Shown: positions 45,951 to 56,852 of the stretch, piece after piece
Layout: the number at the start of each line of letters is the position of its first letter
Position numbering within the stretch: position 1 is the stretch's first letter
Assembly (NCBI GenBank): GCA_963205275.1
Contig: CAUJIH010000068.1
Span: 3,466-67,465 of the forward strand
DNA from: Verrucomicrobiota bacterium
GTDB lineage: Bacteria > Verrucomicrobiota > Verrucomicrobiia > Verrucomicrobiales > DEV007
Direction: 5' to 3'
Length of the DNA: 64,000 bases
The notes under the pieces: model-generated
What the model saw: only the letters and a program-made list of their open reading frames with translations
The model's database searches: none
Told to the model about the DNA's origin: nothing
Translations under genes and position numbers: made by a program

Positions 45951-46331
45951 TTAGACGCGCCGCGCCCGCTTTCCTTCCTCGATTAGTGCCCAAAATTGCT
46001 TTGATCCTGCGAGCGTCGCATCATCACCGACCGGCAAATTGGCTCGAAAGAGAAAATCCTGAAAGGTATTTTTGCTGAGCACCCGGTGAACGACGACCGA
46101 CTGATGATCCGGTGAAACCTCGAAGTAGATCCGGACATCGCGAGCACGATAGCGATAGAGTAATTTCCCGTCTCGCTCGATTTGACCGAACTTGGAACCA
46201 ACGGGATTATCCTCGATTCCGTCGAGATCCTCCGGCTTTACTTGAAAGTCTGCGAGTACGTCTAATTGCTCAAGAGTAGGCAATTGCGAGATCTCCGCTG
46301 CACTGATTTCGTTAAAAATAACCTGGAACAC
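45951..46331 (-). CDS. RelE/ParE-fold-like small protein (tentative), no visible antitoxin
   Basis: FQVIFNEISAAEISQLP...LLYRYRARDVRIYFEVSPDHQSVVVHRVLSKNT follows the RelE/ParE pattern (yRlRvGdYRiiYeid...v.v..i.hR), with a ~35-aa C-terminal tail. Confidence 0.35.
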   Translation of the reverse strand: MFQVIFNEISAAEISQLPTLEQLDVLADFQVKPEDLDGIEDNPVGSKFGQIERDGKLLYRYRARDVRIYFEVSPDHQSVVVHRVLSKNTFQDFLFRANLPVGDDATLAGSKQFWALIEEGKRARRV

Positions 46332-46443
46332 GAGAGTGATTGTGACTCAGGGCACCACTTTCGACAAGAACGGAATTGGCGCAAAAGCGCGAAAGTGCAA
46401 AAGCGAGTGCAGATCGCAAATTCTTGCGCATCGGCGCTCCCTC

Positions 46444-47685
46444 TCAAAACAGGCCTCCGATCCAGTGCAGAATCAGACCGATCAAGCCTCCGACCAGAGT
46501 CCCGTTGATTCGAATGTATTGTAGATCCGCTCCGACCTGCTGTTCCAGCTTTTCGGAGAGTTCCTTCCCATCCCATCGCCCCATGGTCTCCCGAATTAGA
46601 TTTCCAATCTCATCCCCGTGTCTGCGGGCGAGAGAGCTCACGCCGTCGCGAATCCAATCATCGAGCTTGGCTTGGAAAACCCTATCCTCCTGTAAGCGCT
46701 GCCCAGCATTCTGGATGAACTCTGCCATCCGGGTTCGCAGACCTGATTCATCTTCTTCTGAAAGTCGATGGATCAGTTCCTTTTTTACTCCGTTCCAAAG
46801 GCTGTCGAGAGAATCGATTAATGCGGGATTGGTTAGCAAGGAGATCTTTATGGACTCCGCTTTCTCCTGCCACTCCGGCGACTCGCGGAGACGACGGCTG
46901 AATTCTTCCAGCTTCTGATGATAGCGTTGCCGGAAGGGATGATCAGGATTCTTCGAAATCTCATCCGCTCCCTGTTGCAGAGTCTGGATGACTTTCTTCG
47001 TCAGAATCACTGTGAGAATCGATCTTAGGATTGAGTGCTCGGGGAGGATTTTTAATTCCATTTTAATGCGATTCGAGATCAGGTCAGCATTCTCATGAAG
47101 AAGCTTTTTCACCATCGACAGCCCCTCATCCAGTAGAATTTCGTGCCGCCCACTCTCCATCAAAAGATCGATCAGCTGGCCAGTCAATGGTGCCAAGGGA
47201 AGCTGCTCTGAAACCGAAAGCACGCTGTCTCGCAGGAAGGAGCGCATGTGTCGGTCGTCTAAGGTATCCAGTAGAGCAGGCAGATGGTCGGCTACCCGAT
47301 CTGCGAGGATTTCGGCATGATCTTTCTCAGCCAACCATCCGACGATACGCTCGGCGATCCGGTGCTTTTTCAGTCGCTCGACGATCTGCTCAGGTCCGAG
47401 AAAATTCTGCTCGACGAAGCGTGCGAGATTGCTCGCCAGCTTCTCTTTGCTGCGAGGGATGATCGCCGTATGTGGAATCGGTAGGCCGAGAGGGTGACGA
47501 AACAGCGCTACGACAGCAAACCAATCCGCCAGAGCGCCGACCATGCCAGCTTCAGCGAAGGATCGCACCCAACCCCAGAGTGGTTCTCTCGTCTCCTGTG
47601 ATCGGGCGATCACATAGAGAATTGCCATCAGGACGAGAAGGCTCGTCGCGATGCAATAAACTCGTCTTTTTCTCTCTCGTGCCAT
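46444..47685 (-). CDS. DUF445 family membrane protein
   Basis: ADWFAVVALFRHPLGLPIPHTAIIPRSKEKLASNLARFVEQNFL is the DUF445 N-terminal signature. There is a C-terminal TM (TLVGGLIGLILHWIGG). Confidence 0.7.
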   Translation of the reverse strand: MARERKRRVYCIATSLLVLMAILYVIARSQETREPLWGWVRSFAEAGMVGALADWFAVVALFRHPLGLPIPHTAIIPRSKEKLASNLARFVEQNFLGPEQIVERLKKHRIAERIVGWLAEKDHAEILADRVADHLPALLDTLDDRHMRSFLRDSVLSVSEQLPLAPLTGQLIDLLMESGRHEILLDEGLSMVKKLLHENADLISNRIKMELKILPEHSILRSILTVILTKKVIQTLQQGADEISKNPDHPFRQRYHQKLEEFSRRLRESPEWQEKAESIKISLLTNPALIDSLDSLWNGVKKELIHRLSEEDESGLRTRMAEFIQNAGQRLQEDRVFQAKLDDWIRDGVSSLARRHGDEIGNLIRETMGRWDGKELSEKLEQQVGADLQYIRINGTLVGGLIGLILHWIGGLF

Positions 47686-47700
47686 CCGTCACCGGAAAGA

Positions 47701-50700
47701 TCAGCCCGCCTCGCCGGGAGTCAATCGTCCCGGTTGTGCGAGCTGTATTTCCGGCCTCTCCACTGCGGTTTTCGCCTTCCGCTTTTTCGTCAGACCATCA
47801 AAAAATAGAAAGACGGCCGGGGTGGTGAACAGAGTTAATGCCTGGCTGAGCACCAGACCTCCGATGATGGCATAGCCGAGAGGTTGGCGCAGCTCGGAGC
47901 CATCGCCATGCCCGAGCGCAAGAGGGATCCCTCCGATCATCGCGGCGATGGTGGTCATGGTGATCGGGCGGAATCGCTTAATGCAGGCCTCGAAGATCGC
48001 ATCATAGGAAGACAGTCCTCGATCACGTTCGGCCTCAATGGCGAAATCGATCATCATAATGGCATTTTTCTTTACGATCCCGATCAACAGGAGAATACCG
48101 ATGATGGCAATCACGCTGAGATCGTAGCCGAAAGCCCACATCGTAAGCAATGCTCCGAGTCCAGCAGAGGGCAGAGTGGACAGAATCGTAAGCGGATGGA
48201 TGAAACTCTCATATAACATCCCGAGAATGAGATATATGGCGATGATTGCAGCCAGAATGAGATAAGGCTGTGTCCGTAGAGACGATTCGAAGGCCTGAGC
48301 AGCTCCCTGAAAAGTGCCCGTAAGGCCAGCGGGAGCCCCCATTTCTGCCGTCAGTTTCTGAATCGCTGCCACGGCGTCACCGAGCGATGCATCGGGTGCC
48401 AGATTGAATGAGATCGTTACTGCAGGATACTGTCCGAGATGGTTCACCGAGAGAGATTTAGTCGTGTTTGTATCGAACGTGATCACTGAGGAGAGTGGTA
48501 CCTGTCCACCTGTCAGCGGGGATTTCAGGAAGATTTTATCGAAGGTCGATGGATCGGTCTGAAGCTCTGGCAAAACCTCGATAATCACCTTGTATTGATT
48601 CACTTGAGTAAAAAGCTGAGTGACTTGCCTTTCTCCGAAGGCATCGTACAGGACCGCGGCAATTTCCTGAGTGCGGATGCCGAATCGCGAGGCCGCCTGG
48701 CGATCAATTTCGATATTGAGCGCTGGAACTGTGGATTCCTGATCCGATGTGATATCTCGCAACTGAGGAAGGGTGCGCAACTTTTCGAGAATACGTGGAG
48801 CCCACTCATTCAATTCATCCATGTCGATGTCTCGCAGAGTGTATTGGAACTGTGTCTTCGAAGTCATGCCACCAAGGTTGAGTTCCTGTCGAACTTGGAA
48901 AAAGAGTTTTATGCCAGGAATGTTGGCAGTCTTCTTCCTCAAACGATCAACGACTGCAAAGGCTGAGTCTCGCTCGTGCCGATCTTTTAGCGTGATCCAG
49001 AACTGGGCTGTATTGGCCCCCCATCGACTCCCACCACCACTGGCTGAAACTCGGTTAAAAAAGCTAAAGACCGCTGGATCGTCGCGGATGATCTCACCGA
49101 CGTGAGCGGCATACTGGACCATGGTATCGAATGACGTATCCGAAGATGCCTCCGCCACTCCGATCAGGAGGCCGACGTCCTGATTCGGAAAAAATCCCTT
49201 GGGCATTTTCACAAAAACCCAGCCCGTGAGAGTGATCGTGGCGAGAAGCGAGAGCAAGGTGAGATTACGATGTCGAAGCAACACAGTCAGCAGCTTTTCA
49301 TACAGTTTTTCGAGACCTCCAAAAAAGCGCTCTAGCCCGATATCGAGCCAGCCTCTCAGAGTGTGTCGATCCGGTAACTTGTGCCGGTGCAGAAACTGGG
49401 CACACATCATCGGAACGAAGGTCAGAGACACCACAGCAGAGATCAATACAGCGACAGTCACGGTCACGGCGAATTCACGAAAGAGACGTCCGACGATCCC
49501 TCCCATCAGTAGCACGGGGATAAAAACCGCGATCAGAGAGAATGTGATCGACAAGATGGTGAAGCCAATTTCCTCGGCCCCCTTGAGCGCCGCCTCCTTC
49601 GGATTCATTCCCTCTTCAACGTAGCGATAGATGTTCTCCAGCATCACGATGGCATCGTCGATCACGAATCCCACGGAGATGGTGAGTGCCATCAGCGACA
49701 GATTATTGAGACTGAAGCCGAGCATATAGATCACGGCAAAGGTACTGACGATGGAAATGGGCACGACTAAACTGGAAATCAGGGTCGCTCGCGTATTGCG
49801 CAGGAAGAGAAATACCACGAGCGTGACCAGCACCATGGTCAGAACTAGGTGAAGTTCTACCTCCTCAATGGATGAACGAATCGTCCGGCTGCGGTCACTC
49901 TGTACAGAGATGTGGATGGCAGGAGGGAGTGCCGCCTGAAGCTCCGGGAGGAGATCGAGAACTTGGCGAATCGTATCCAAGACGTTTGCGTTCGGCTGCT
50001 TGCGAATCATTAGTCCGACTCCTCGTTTCATGGTCATCAAAGCGGCGGATCGCGCCTGCTCAGGACCCTCAACCGCACGTCCCACGTCCCGAATCCGCAC
50101 CGGAGCACCATTGCGATAGGCCAAGATAATGTCGTTGTACGGCTCGGCGGCGAGCAATTGATCGTTCGCGTAGATGGAAAGAGCCTGCACCGGACCGTTC
50201 AGGCTGCCTTTGGGCGAGTTCACTGTCGACGTAGCGATAACGCCCCGCACATCTTCCAGTGATAATCCCAGAGAGGCGAGTTTCGACGGATCGACCTGAA
50301 CGCGAATCGCCGGTTTCTGTTCGCCACCGACATCGACTTGGGCGACTCCTGGAATCTGAGAAATCTGCTGAGCGACAACGTTATTCGCGTAATCACTGAC
50401 TTCGGTGAGGGGAAGAATATCGGATAAGACATCCAGAATCAGGATGGGAGAGTCGGAGGGGTTCACCTTGCGATAGCTAGGAGGATTGGGCAGATCTCTC
50501 GGGAGCTTCCCTCCGGCGGCATTGATCGCGGACTGCACATCTTGAGCTGCGCTCTCCAGCGTCGTATCCAGATCGAACTGCAGCGTGATCGAAGCCCCCC
50601 CGAGCCGACTGGTGGAGGTCATCTGGAGGATTCCGGGAATGCGTGAAAACTGATTTTCCAGCGGAGTCGCCACCGAAGAGGCCATGGTCTCAGGACTGGC

Positions 50701-50859
50701 ACCTGGCAGACTCGCCGAGACTTGGATTGTGGGGAACTCCACATCCGGCAGCGGAGCTACGGGCATCTGAGGGAAGGCCACAAGTCCGAGAAGAAAGCTC
50801 CCAATCGTCAGCAACGCCGTCGCGACAGGACGCTGGATGAATGGGGTGGAGAGACTCAT
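47701..50859 (-). CDS. RND efflux transporter permease (AcrB/MdtBC-like)
   Basis: 1052 aa, 12 TM plus two large periplasmic loops. N-terminal FIQRPVATALLTIGSFLLG, plus VIDDAIVMLENI. Confidence 0.95.
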   Translation of the reverse strand: MSLSTPFIQRPVATALLTIGSFLLGLVAFPQMPVAPLPDVEFPTIQVSASLPGASPETMASSVATPLENQFSRIPGILQMTSTSRLGGASITLQFDLDTTLESAAQDVQSAINAAGGKLPRDLPNPPSYRKVNPSDSPILILDVLSDILPLTEVSDYANNVVAQQISQIPGVAQVDVGGEQKPAIRVQVDPSKLASLGLSLEDVRGVIATSTVNSPKGSLNGPVQALSIYANDQLLAAEPYNDIILAYRNGAPVRIRDVGRAVEGPEQARSAALMTMKRGVGLMIRKQPNANVLDTIRQVLDLLPELQAALPPAIHISVQSDRSRTIRSSIEEVELHLVLTMVLVTLVVFLFLRNTRATLISSLVVPISIVSTFAVIYMLGFSLNNLSLMALTISVGFVIDDAIVMLENIYRYVEEGMNPKEAALKGAEEIGFTILSITFSLIAVFIPVLLMGGIVGRLFREFAVTVTVAVLISAVVSLTFVPMMCAQFLHRHKLPDRHTLRGWLDIGLERFFGGLEKLYEKLLTVLLRHRNLTLLSLLATITLTGWVFVKMPKGFFPNQDVGLLIGVAEASSDTSFDTMVQYAAHVGEIIRDDPAVFSFFNRVSASGGGSRWGANTAQFWITLKDRHERDSAFAVVDRLRKKTANIPGIKLFFQVRQELNLGGMTSKTQFQYTLRDIDMDELNEWAPRILEKLRTLPQLRDITSDQESTVPALNIEIDRQAASRFGIRTQEIAAVLYDAFGERQVTQLFTQVNQYKVIIEVLPELQTDPSTFDKIFLKSPLTGGQVPLSSVITFDTNTTKSLSVNHLGQYPAVTISFNLAPDASLGDAVAAIQKLTAEMGAPAGLTGTFQGAAQAFESSLRTQPYLILAAIIAIYLILGMLYESFIHPLTILSTLPSAGLGALLTMWAFGYDLSVIAIIGILLLIGIVKKNAIMMIDFAIEAERDRGLSSYDAIFEACIKRFRPITMTTIAAMIGGIPLALGHGDGSELRQPLGYAIIGGLVLSQALTLFTTPAVFLFFDGLTKKRKAKTAVERPEIQLAQPGRLTPGEAG

Positions 50860-52013
50860 TGAAACGCAGTATCAGGATGAGTTTTTCCTCTATTGGACGG
50901 ATCGAGTCGTTTGATCTTCACACCAGGCTTCAATTTCACTTGGCCTTCTCGCACTACCTCGTCCCCCGCTTTCAGTCCTTTTTCAACAACGGTCCATCCG
51001 TCAACGTTAGGACCAACTTCCAGATACCGAGCCTCCACGACGTCATCTTTTCCCACCACGTAGGCAAAGCTGCCATCGAGACCGGGACGAATCACCTCTA
51101 TCGGGACAACGGTTGCGCCTTTTCGCGTCTGAACGAGGATGCGTGCTGATACAAATTGCCCGGGCCAGAGTTTTAGATTCTCGTTGGCGAATCGCGCCTT
51201 CAGTCGCAGCGTGCCCGTCGAGAGATCGATCTGGTTGTCGATCAGTTCCAGCGTTCCTTCGCCTAGGGGAGTGCTCTGTTCATCCAGTGCTTCAACTTTC
51301 AGAGGAGTTGCTCCAAGCGCCATACTGCCATGGAGGATCGAGAGATATTTTTGAGGCAAAGTGAACTGCACGGCGATCGGCTGCATCTGGGTGATGTGGA
51401 CAATTCCCTCCGTCTGATTCGCCGTCACCAGATTCCCCTCATCCACATGGCGGATCCCAGTGCGTCCGGAGAGCGGTGCCCTCACAGTCGCATAATCAAG
51501 CTCCAGTTGGGCGCTGGCAATCGAAGCCGAATCTGCTTGGATCGCGGCCTCCAGTTCGGCGACTCGTGCAGAGGCCTGTTCTAGAGCCTGCTCACTGACA
51601 GACTGACTCTTTACGAGCACTTCCATGCGTTTTCTGTCTTGCTTCGCACTGACGAGCAGAGCCTCATTTTGCGCCTTCTTCGCTGTTGCCAGATCGAGCG
51701 ACGCCTGATATGGCCGCGGATCGATCTGCGCGATGATGTCTCCCTTCTTCACCATACTGCCTTCGGTGAACTCGATCTTTTCGAGGATGCCACCAACACG
51801 AGGACGAATCACGACCGTATTATATCCCTGAACTGTACCGATCCCCGTGAGCCACAGAGGCACATCTCGCGAGACGACCTTGACCGTCATCACGGTAACC
51901 GGGGCATTGGCGTCCGGTCCAGTCTTGAGCATCGCGTCAGCTGCCTTATTCTTCCACATCACAGCACCGACGATGCCTGCGACAAGAAGTGAGATAAAAA
52001 TCCATCGTGTCAT
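50856..52013 (-). CDS. RND efflux periplasmic adaptor (membrane fusion protein)
   Basis: Lipoyl/hairpin/beta-barrel pattern: V.G.V..I.F.EG..VKKGD.IAQID...A.L.YA.VRAPLSGR.G. It overlaps the permease by 4 bp. Start placed at ATG 52013 (MTRWIFISLLVAG). The track ORF extends to 52118. Confidence 0.9.
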   Translation of the reverse strand: MTRWIFISLLVAGIVGAVMWKNKAADAMLKTGPDANAPVTVMTVKVVSRDVPLWLTGIGTVQGYNTVVIRPRVGGILEKIEFTEGSMVKKGDIIAQIDPRPYQASLDLATAKKAQNEALLVSAKQDRKRMEVLVKSQSVSEQALEQASARVAELEAAIQADSASIASAQLELDYATVRAPLSGRTGIRHVDEGNLVTANQTEGIVHITQMQPIAVQFTLPQKYLSILHGSMALGATPLKVEALDEQSTPLGEGTLELIDNQIDLSTGTLRLKARFANENLKLWPGQFVSARILVQTRKGATVVPIEVIRPGLDGSFAYVVGKDDVVEARYLEVGPNVDGWTVVEKGLKAGDEVVREGQVKLKPGVKIKRLDPSNRGKTHPDTAFQ

Positions 52014-52198
52014 TCCGATTTCAGCCCTTCTGGCCGGGCCGGGGGTCTCCTGCCCCCATCGAATTGGACGCACGAAAAGTAAAACTATCCCGCGAAAGTC
52101 CGAATCGCAAGACTCCAACCATGATTCTGGGGTACAGGATTGCGCTGTTTTTGTGGATTTTCTCTGGATGGCTCTCGTGATTCAGCGATATTCTGCCC

Positions 52199-52630
52199 AT
52201 GCAGGCGACGCACAGCACGGCGATAGGTTACATCCTCTGGATACTCGGATTCACGGGATCGCATCGCTTTTACTTCGGAAAGCCGATCAGTGGAATCATC
52301 TGGCTCTTCACCGGCGGATTGTTCGTCATCGGCTGGCTCGTCGATGCATTCCTGATCCCCAGCATGGAGCGCAAAGCCACCCAGCGTTATGCGGGCGGGC
52401 GCTATGACTATTCGGCAGCTTGGCTTCTGCTCACTTTTCTCGGCCTCTTCGGCGCTCACCGATTCTATCTGGGAAAATGGCCGACCGGGTTGCTGTATTT
52501 GCTAACCGGTGGACTGGCCGGAGTGGGAATCGTCTATGACTTCTGCACGCTGAACGGCAAAATCAACAGCCTGAACGAAAGTCTCACAAGCTCTGCTTCC
52601 CTGACGGGCAACGTTCGGAGACTGGAGTGA
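52199..52630 (+). CDS. tandem TM2 domain membrane protein
   Basis: Two TM2 motifs: LGFTGSHRFYFGKPISGIIWLFTGGLFVIGWLVD and LGLFGAHRFYLGKWPTGLLYLLTGGLAGVGIVYD. Confidence 0.8.
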   Translation: MQATHSTAIGYILWILGFTGSHRFYFGKPISGIIWLFTGGLFVIGWLVDAFLIPSMERKATQRYAGGRYDYSAAWLLLTFLGLFGAHRFYLGKWPTGLLYLLTGGLAGVGIVYDFCTLNGKINSLNESLTSSASLTGNVRRLE

Positions 52631-52699
52631 TTTTCGCTTTCCTTCCGCGCAGATCGAGGCGATCTCTCAGAGATAGAGCTGAATCACGAAAGGAAAACG

Positions 52700-53116
52700 A
52701 TGTCACAGAGTTACGAACTGGAAGGAACGCTGAAAATTATCGAGGAAGTCCAGACCTTCGCGAGTGGATTCTCGAAGAGAGAGTTCGTCGTCGAGGTCGA
52801 AGATGGACGTTTTCCACAGTTCATCAAGTTCGAGTGCCTGAAAGAAAAGGCCAATCAACTCGACGATTTGCAAATCGGCGATCCGGTGCGTGTCAGTTTC
52901 GATATTCGGGGCAATGAATATAAGGGCAAATACTACGTCAATCTGACTGCTTGGAAGATCGAACGCCCCGGAGAAAAGAAGCGCTCGAACGATCCAAACT
53001 CGCGGTTCGGAACGACTGAGAAGCGAGGCAACGCCTCTGCCCGCCAGGACGAAGGGAATCTAGAGGAAGCTCCCGACGGTTACGACACAGAGTCTGGTGA
53101 CGATATTCCGTTTTGA
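52700..53116 (+). CDS. DUF3127 (OB-fold, SSB-like) protein
   Basis: [49 protein letters not shown]...[24 protein letters not shown] matches the DUF3127 pattern. It has an acidic tail ending DDIPF, like SSB C-termini. Confidence 0.65.
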   Translation: MSQSYELEGTLKIIEEVQTFASGFSKREFVVEVEDGRFPQFIKFECLKEKANQLDDLQIGDPVRVSFDIRGNEYKGKYYVNLTAWKIERPGEKKRSNDPNSRFGTTEKRGNASARQDEGNLEEAPDGYDTESGDDIPF

Positions 53117-53150
53117 GGAAAATCCTCCCGATTCGGGATATTATCGCTCT

Positions 53151-54035
53151 TCAGCCTGCTTTGCTGGCCAGATCATTCTCCTGTTTCGAGAAGAGTCCGG
53201 CTTTTTTAGGACGAGCCAGCAATCCATATTTTGGACCAAAAATCAGTGCCAGAATGAAGAAAAGGGCCTGCGTCAGCACGATGCAGGCTCCCGTGGATCC
53301 ATCGAGAAAATAGCTTGCCCAAGTCCCTCCAACGGCACTCAGAATCGCTGATCCTGATGCAATCAGCAACATACGGTCAAAGCGATCTGTCAGCAAATAC
53401 GCTACGCATCCGGGAGTGATCAGCATCGCTACGCTAAGAATGATTCCGACGGCCTGAAGCGCCGAGACGATGGTGGCAGCTACCAGAGAGAGGAAAAGAT
53501 AGTGCAGCAAGGTCGTGCGCAAGCCCACCGCCTTCGCTTGATTCGGATCAAAAAGATAGAGCAGCAGGTCTTTCCGAAAAGCGAGAATCACCAGCAGTGT
53601 AACTACCCCCGTCACCAACGCTTGAATCAAGGAGGAGCGCTCGATTCCCAGCAGGTTCCCGAACAGGATGTGGCTCAGGTGAAGATTGGTTTGTATTTTA
53701 GTGAACATCACGATCCCAAGGGCGAAAAGTCCGGTAAAGACCACTCCCATCACCGTATCCTCCTTGAGACGGCTGTTTTCCTTGATCCATCCAGTTCCGC
53801 TGGCACAGGCGAGACCTGCCAAGAAAGCTCCCATAGCGAAAGGCATCCCTAGAATATGAGCGATCACGATTCCGGGCAGCACGCCATGACTGATCGCGTC
53901 TCCCATCAGCGACCAGCCTTTCAGCACGAGATAACAGGAGAGAATCGCACAGGCCACTCCGATCAGCGCGGCGACCAGCATCGCCACGATCATGAAATCA
54001 TACCGAAAAGGGTCGAACAGAGAGGGGAAATCCAT
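53151..54035 (-). CDS. metal ABC transporter permease (ABC-3 family)
   Basis: ABC-3 pattern: [18 protein letters not shown]. Start placed at ATG 54035 (MDFPSLFDPF), 17 bp after the upstream permease stop. Confidence 0.9.
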   Translation of the reverse strand: MDFPSLFDPFRYDFMIVAMLVAALIGVACAILSCYLVLKGWSLMGDAISHGVLPGIVIAHILGMPFAMGAFLAGLACASGTGWIKENSRLKEDTVMGVVFTGLFALGIVMFTKIQTNLHLSHILFGNLLGIERSSLIQALVTGVVTLLVILAFRKDLLLYLFDPNQAKAVGLRTTLLHYLFLSLVAATIVSALQAVGIILSVAMLITPGCVAYLLTDRFDRMLLIASGSAILSAVGGTWASYFLDGSTGACIVLTQALFFILALIFGPKYGLLARPKKAGLFSKQENDLASKAG

Positions 54036-54052
54036 GGAAAAAGCGACAGCGG

Positions 54053-54967
54053 TCAGTGCGGATGCGATTCGGGGACTCTGGCACGGGTGACAGGAATCGA
54101 CTTTGTCGAGCGACGAGTCTGCCGACGGATGGGAACGAATCCGTATTTCGGAGCGAAAAAGAATACGAGGAGAAAGAGGATCGTTTGCAGCAGCACGATG
54201 CATCCTCCGGTGGAAGTATTCAGGAAAAAGCTCGCCCAGGCCCCGACGATACTCGTCAACAGACCGATTCCGCTAGAAATCGCCATCATTCGACCAAAGC
54301 GGTCGGTCAAAAGATAGGCCGTAGCACCAGGAGTCACCAGCATGGCGATCACGAGAATCGCCCCCACCGCCTGCAGTGCCGCGACCGCTGTGGCAGCCAA
54401 CAGAGTCAGGAGCAACAGCCCCAGTAGATCCGTATTCAGCCCGACGGCTCGCGCCTGATGAGGATCAAAGGTGAACAGCAGCAGATCTTTCCACTTTAGC
54501 AAAAGCACGGCCAAGGTCACCGCAGCGATGATCACAATCTGGAGGATATCCTCATCTGCGATTCCGAGCACATTGCCCAGAATGATCGTAGTCAGACTAA
54601 TATTGCTCGGATACAGAGAAATCAGCAGCACTCCGAGCGCGAGAAAGGTCGTGAACACCAGTCCGATCACTGCATCCTCCCGAAGGCGAGTGCGAGACTT
54701 AATGAAGTTCATCGTCAAAGCGGCGAGCATCCCGCTGGCGAAAGCTCCGACGGCGAAGGGCAAGTGGAGAAGGAAGGCAATACTCACGCCAGGCACCACG
54801 GCGTGCGATAGCGCATCGCCCATCAGCGACCAGCCCTTCAGCGTTACGAAACACGAGAGCAGCGCACACACGGCCCCGATGAAGCCGCTCACCAGCATGG
54901 CCCGCAGCATGTAATCGTATTGGAACGGAGCCAGCAGCAGTTCAGTCATGATGGTCAGATTCGGCAA
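54053..54967 (-). CDS. metal ABC transporter permease (ABC-3 family)
   Basis: Paralogous to the downstream permease: [18 protein letters not shown]. Confidence 0.9.
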   Translation of the reverse strand: MPNLTIMTELLLAPFQYDYMLRAMLVSGFIGAVCALLSCFVTLKGWSLMGDALSHAVVPGVSIAFLLHLPFAVGAFASGMLAALTMNFIKSRTRLREDAVIGLVFTTFLALGVLLISLYPSNISLTTIILGNVLGIADEDILQIVIIAAVTLAVLLLKWKDLLLFTFDPHQARAVGLNTDLLGLLLLTLLAATAVAALQAVGAILVIAMLVTPGATAYLLTDRFGRMMAISSGIGLLTSIVGAWASFFLNTSTGGCIVLLQTILFLLVFFFAPKYGFVPIRRQTRRSTKSIPVTRARVPESHPH

Positions 54968-55817
54968 TCTGTCTTTTCACCGGGAGAGCAGGTTTTCCCT
55001 CATGATCGAAAACCAGCGCTCCTTCATCGTCCGTCAGAACGCGATACTCATTCCGGGAACCCGGTTCGTCCGTATGATCGAAGCGGACATTTCTCAGCGC
55101 TCCGCCGAAGGCAATCGTCAGGTTTCTCTCCGTGAAAGTCGTCTCGATAGGTCCCGTGGCCAGCACCGTCCGATTGATGATGACACATTGATCGCAAAAG
55201 CGCGGAATCGATCCGAGATCGTGCGACGACACGAAGACGATCAACCCCTCTTCCCGCAGTTCCATCAGTAGCTCAATGATCGCTTCCTCCGTCTTCACAT
55301 CCACCCCCGTGAACGGTTCGTCCAGCAGCAGGAATCGTCCTTGCTGAGCGAGCGCCCGAGCGAGAAATACGCGCTTTTTTTGTCCTCCCGATAACTCACC
55401 AATTTGGCGATCTCGGAATTCCCACATACCCACCCTCTCCAAGCATTCACGAGCGATGCGCTTATCTTCCTGCCTCGGAATGCGAAGAAAATTCATGTAT
55501 CCGTATCGTCCCATCAGCACCACATCCCAGACACTGACCGGGAACGACCAATCGACATCTTCCGCCTGCGGCACGTAAGCCACCCAGTTCTTCCGATGGG
55601 CCTGATGCACGGATTCTCCCGAGATCGTAACACGACCTTTGATTGGTTGCACGAAACCCATGATCGCTTTGAAAAGCGTCGATTTTCCGCTGCCATTTAC
55701 GCCGACCAAGGCACAAATCGTCGGTCGATTCAGCTCGAAACTGGCGTCATGTAGCGCGACGTGGCCGTTGCTGTAGGCTACAGTTACGTCATCCACTTTG
55801 AGATTAATTTCAGCCAT
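54942..55817 (-). CDS. metal ABC transporter ATP-binding protein
   Basis: Walker [10 protein letters not shown], signature LSGGQKKR, Walker [12 protein letters not shown]. Confidence 0.95.
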   Translation of the reverse strand: MAEINLKVDDVTVAYSNGHVALHDASFELNRPTICALVGVNGSGKSTLFKAIMGFVQPIKGRVTISGESVHQAHRKNWVAYVPQAEDVDWSFPVSVWDVVLMGRYGYMNFLRIPRQEDKRIARECLERVGMWEFRDRQIGELSGGQKKRVFLARALAQQGRFLLLDEPFTGVDVKTEEAIIELLMELREEGLIVFVSSHDLGSIPRFCDQCVIINRTVLATGPIETTFTERNLTIAFGGALRNVRFDHTDEPGSRNEYRVLTDDEGALVFDHEGKPALPVKRQIAESDHHD

Positions 55818-55832
55818 GTCAGTGAATCGGGA

Positions 55833-56852
55833 TTATTCGAGGCCAAAGCCTGAGAGAATACGACTTGCGTTGATATCGAGCATCTCCAGATATGTAGAAG
55901 CCTCCCCTCCTGACGCAGTCAGAGAATCAACATAAAGCACACCACCGTAGCGGATCCCAGTTTCCTTTGCCACTTCCTGCATCGGTTTCGGACTGATCGT
56001 GCTCTCCGAAAAGCCGACGGGAACGCGATGCGCACGCACTTCATCCACCACCTTCCGAATCTGCAGAGGTGTTGCCTCAGCATCGGCATTGGCGGGCCAG
56101 AGAAACAACTCGCGCAAACCGAAATCCCGAGCCAGATAGGAAAAAGCACCCTCAGACGTGACCAGCCAGCGCTGCTCCGGCGGAATCCGCTCGAATTCTC
56201 GCTCGAGCTTCTCGGAAATTTCGCGGAGCTTGGCGCTGTAGGCAGTCGCATTTGCACGATAGTAGTCCGCATTTTCCGGATCGAGATCGCACAGAGCCTT
56301 CTGCACATTTTCTACATAGACGAGAGCGTTTTTCGGACTCATCCAGGAGTGAGGATTCGGCGTCCCATCACCGCGCCCGGCAGCGATCTGGATCGGTTCG
56401 ATGCCATCAGACAGGGTCACGCTTCTGACCTGACCCAGTCGAGTCATGAATTTTTCAAACCATCGCTCCAGCCCGAAGCCATTGCGCAAGACCAGATCAG
56501 CCGATTGCGCCTTGACGATGTCACGCGGCGTCGGTTCGTATTCGTGAATTTCCGCTCCCGGTTTCGTGATCGATTCTACGATTACGCGATCTCCCGCCAC
56601 ATTCCGGGCGATGTCCTGCAAGATGGTGAACGTCGTCACTACGCGTTTTCTGCCATCGATCGGCTTTTGCGGTTTCGTGCAGCCGATCAGGGTGAGCAGT
56701 CCCATCATCAACAAGGCACAAATCTCCGAATGAAGAACTGCGGGGGAGAAAAGTCGGAGTTCTCCTTTTCTTCTTCTGTCAGAAAGACGCATATGCCGAA
56801 CATTCGGTGATGCGAGGGCACTGTCGAAGGACTCTGGAGTCATAGCCCCCAT
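55833..56852 (-). CDS. metal (Mn/Zn/Fe-type, TroA/PsaA-like) ABC transporter substrate-binding lipoprotein
   Basis: Lipobox LLTLIGC. Pattern VVTTFTILQDIARNVAGD...EIHEYEPTP...NPHSWMSP...DAEATP. There is no His-rich ZnuA loop. The true start is possibly ATG 56792. Confidence 0.9.
   Translation of the reverse strand: MGAMTPESFDSALASPNVRHMRLSDRRRKGELRLFSPAVLHSEICALLMMGLLTLIGCTKPQKPIDGRKRVVTTFTILQDIARNVAGDRVIVESITKPGAEIHEYEPTPRDIVKAQSADLVLRNGFGLERWFEKFMTRLGQVRSVTLSDGIEPIQIAAGRGDGTPNPHSWMSPKNALVYVENVQKALCDLDPENADYYRANATAYSAKLREISEKLEREFERIPPEQRWLVTSEGAFSYLARDFGLRELFLWPANADAEATPLQIRKVVDEVRAHRVPVGFSESTISPKPMQEVAKETGIRYGGVLYVDSLTASGGEASTYLEMLDINASRILSGFGLE

Noticed and set aside
53121-53142. Small palindrome tcccga-t-tcggga between the convergent DUF3127 and permease genes, considered as a bidirectional terminator.
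   Set aside because: The stem is only 6 bp with a 1-nt loop, and there is no flanking T/A tract. Support is too weak to annotate.
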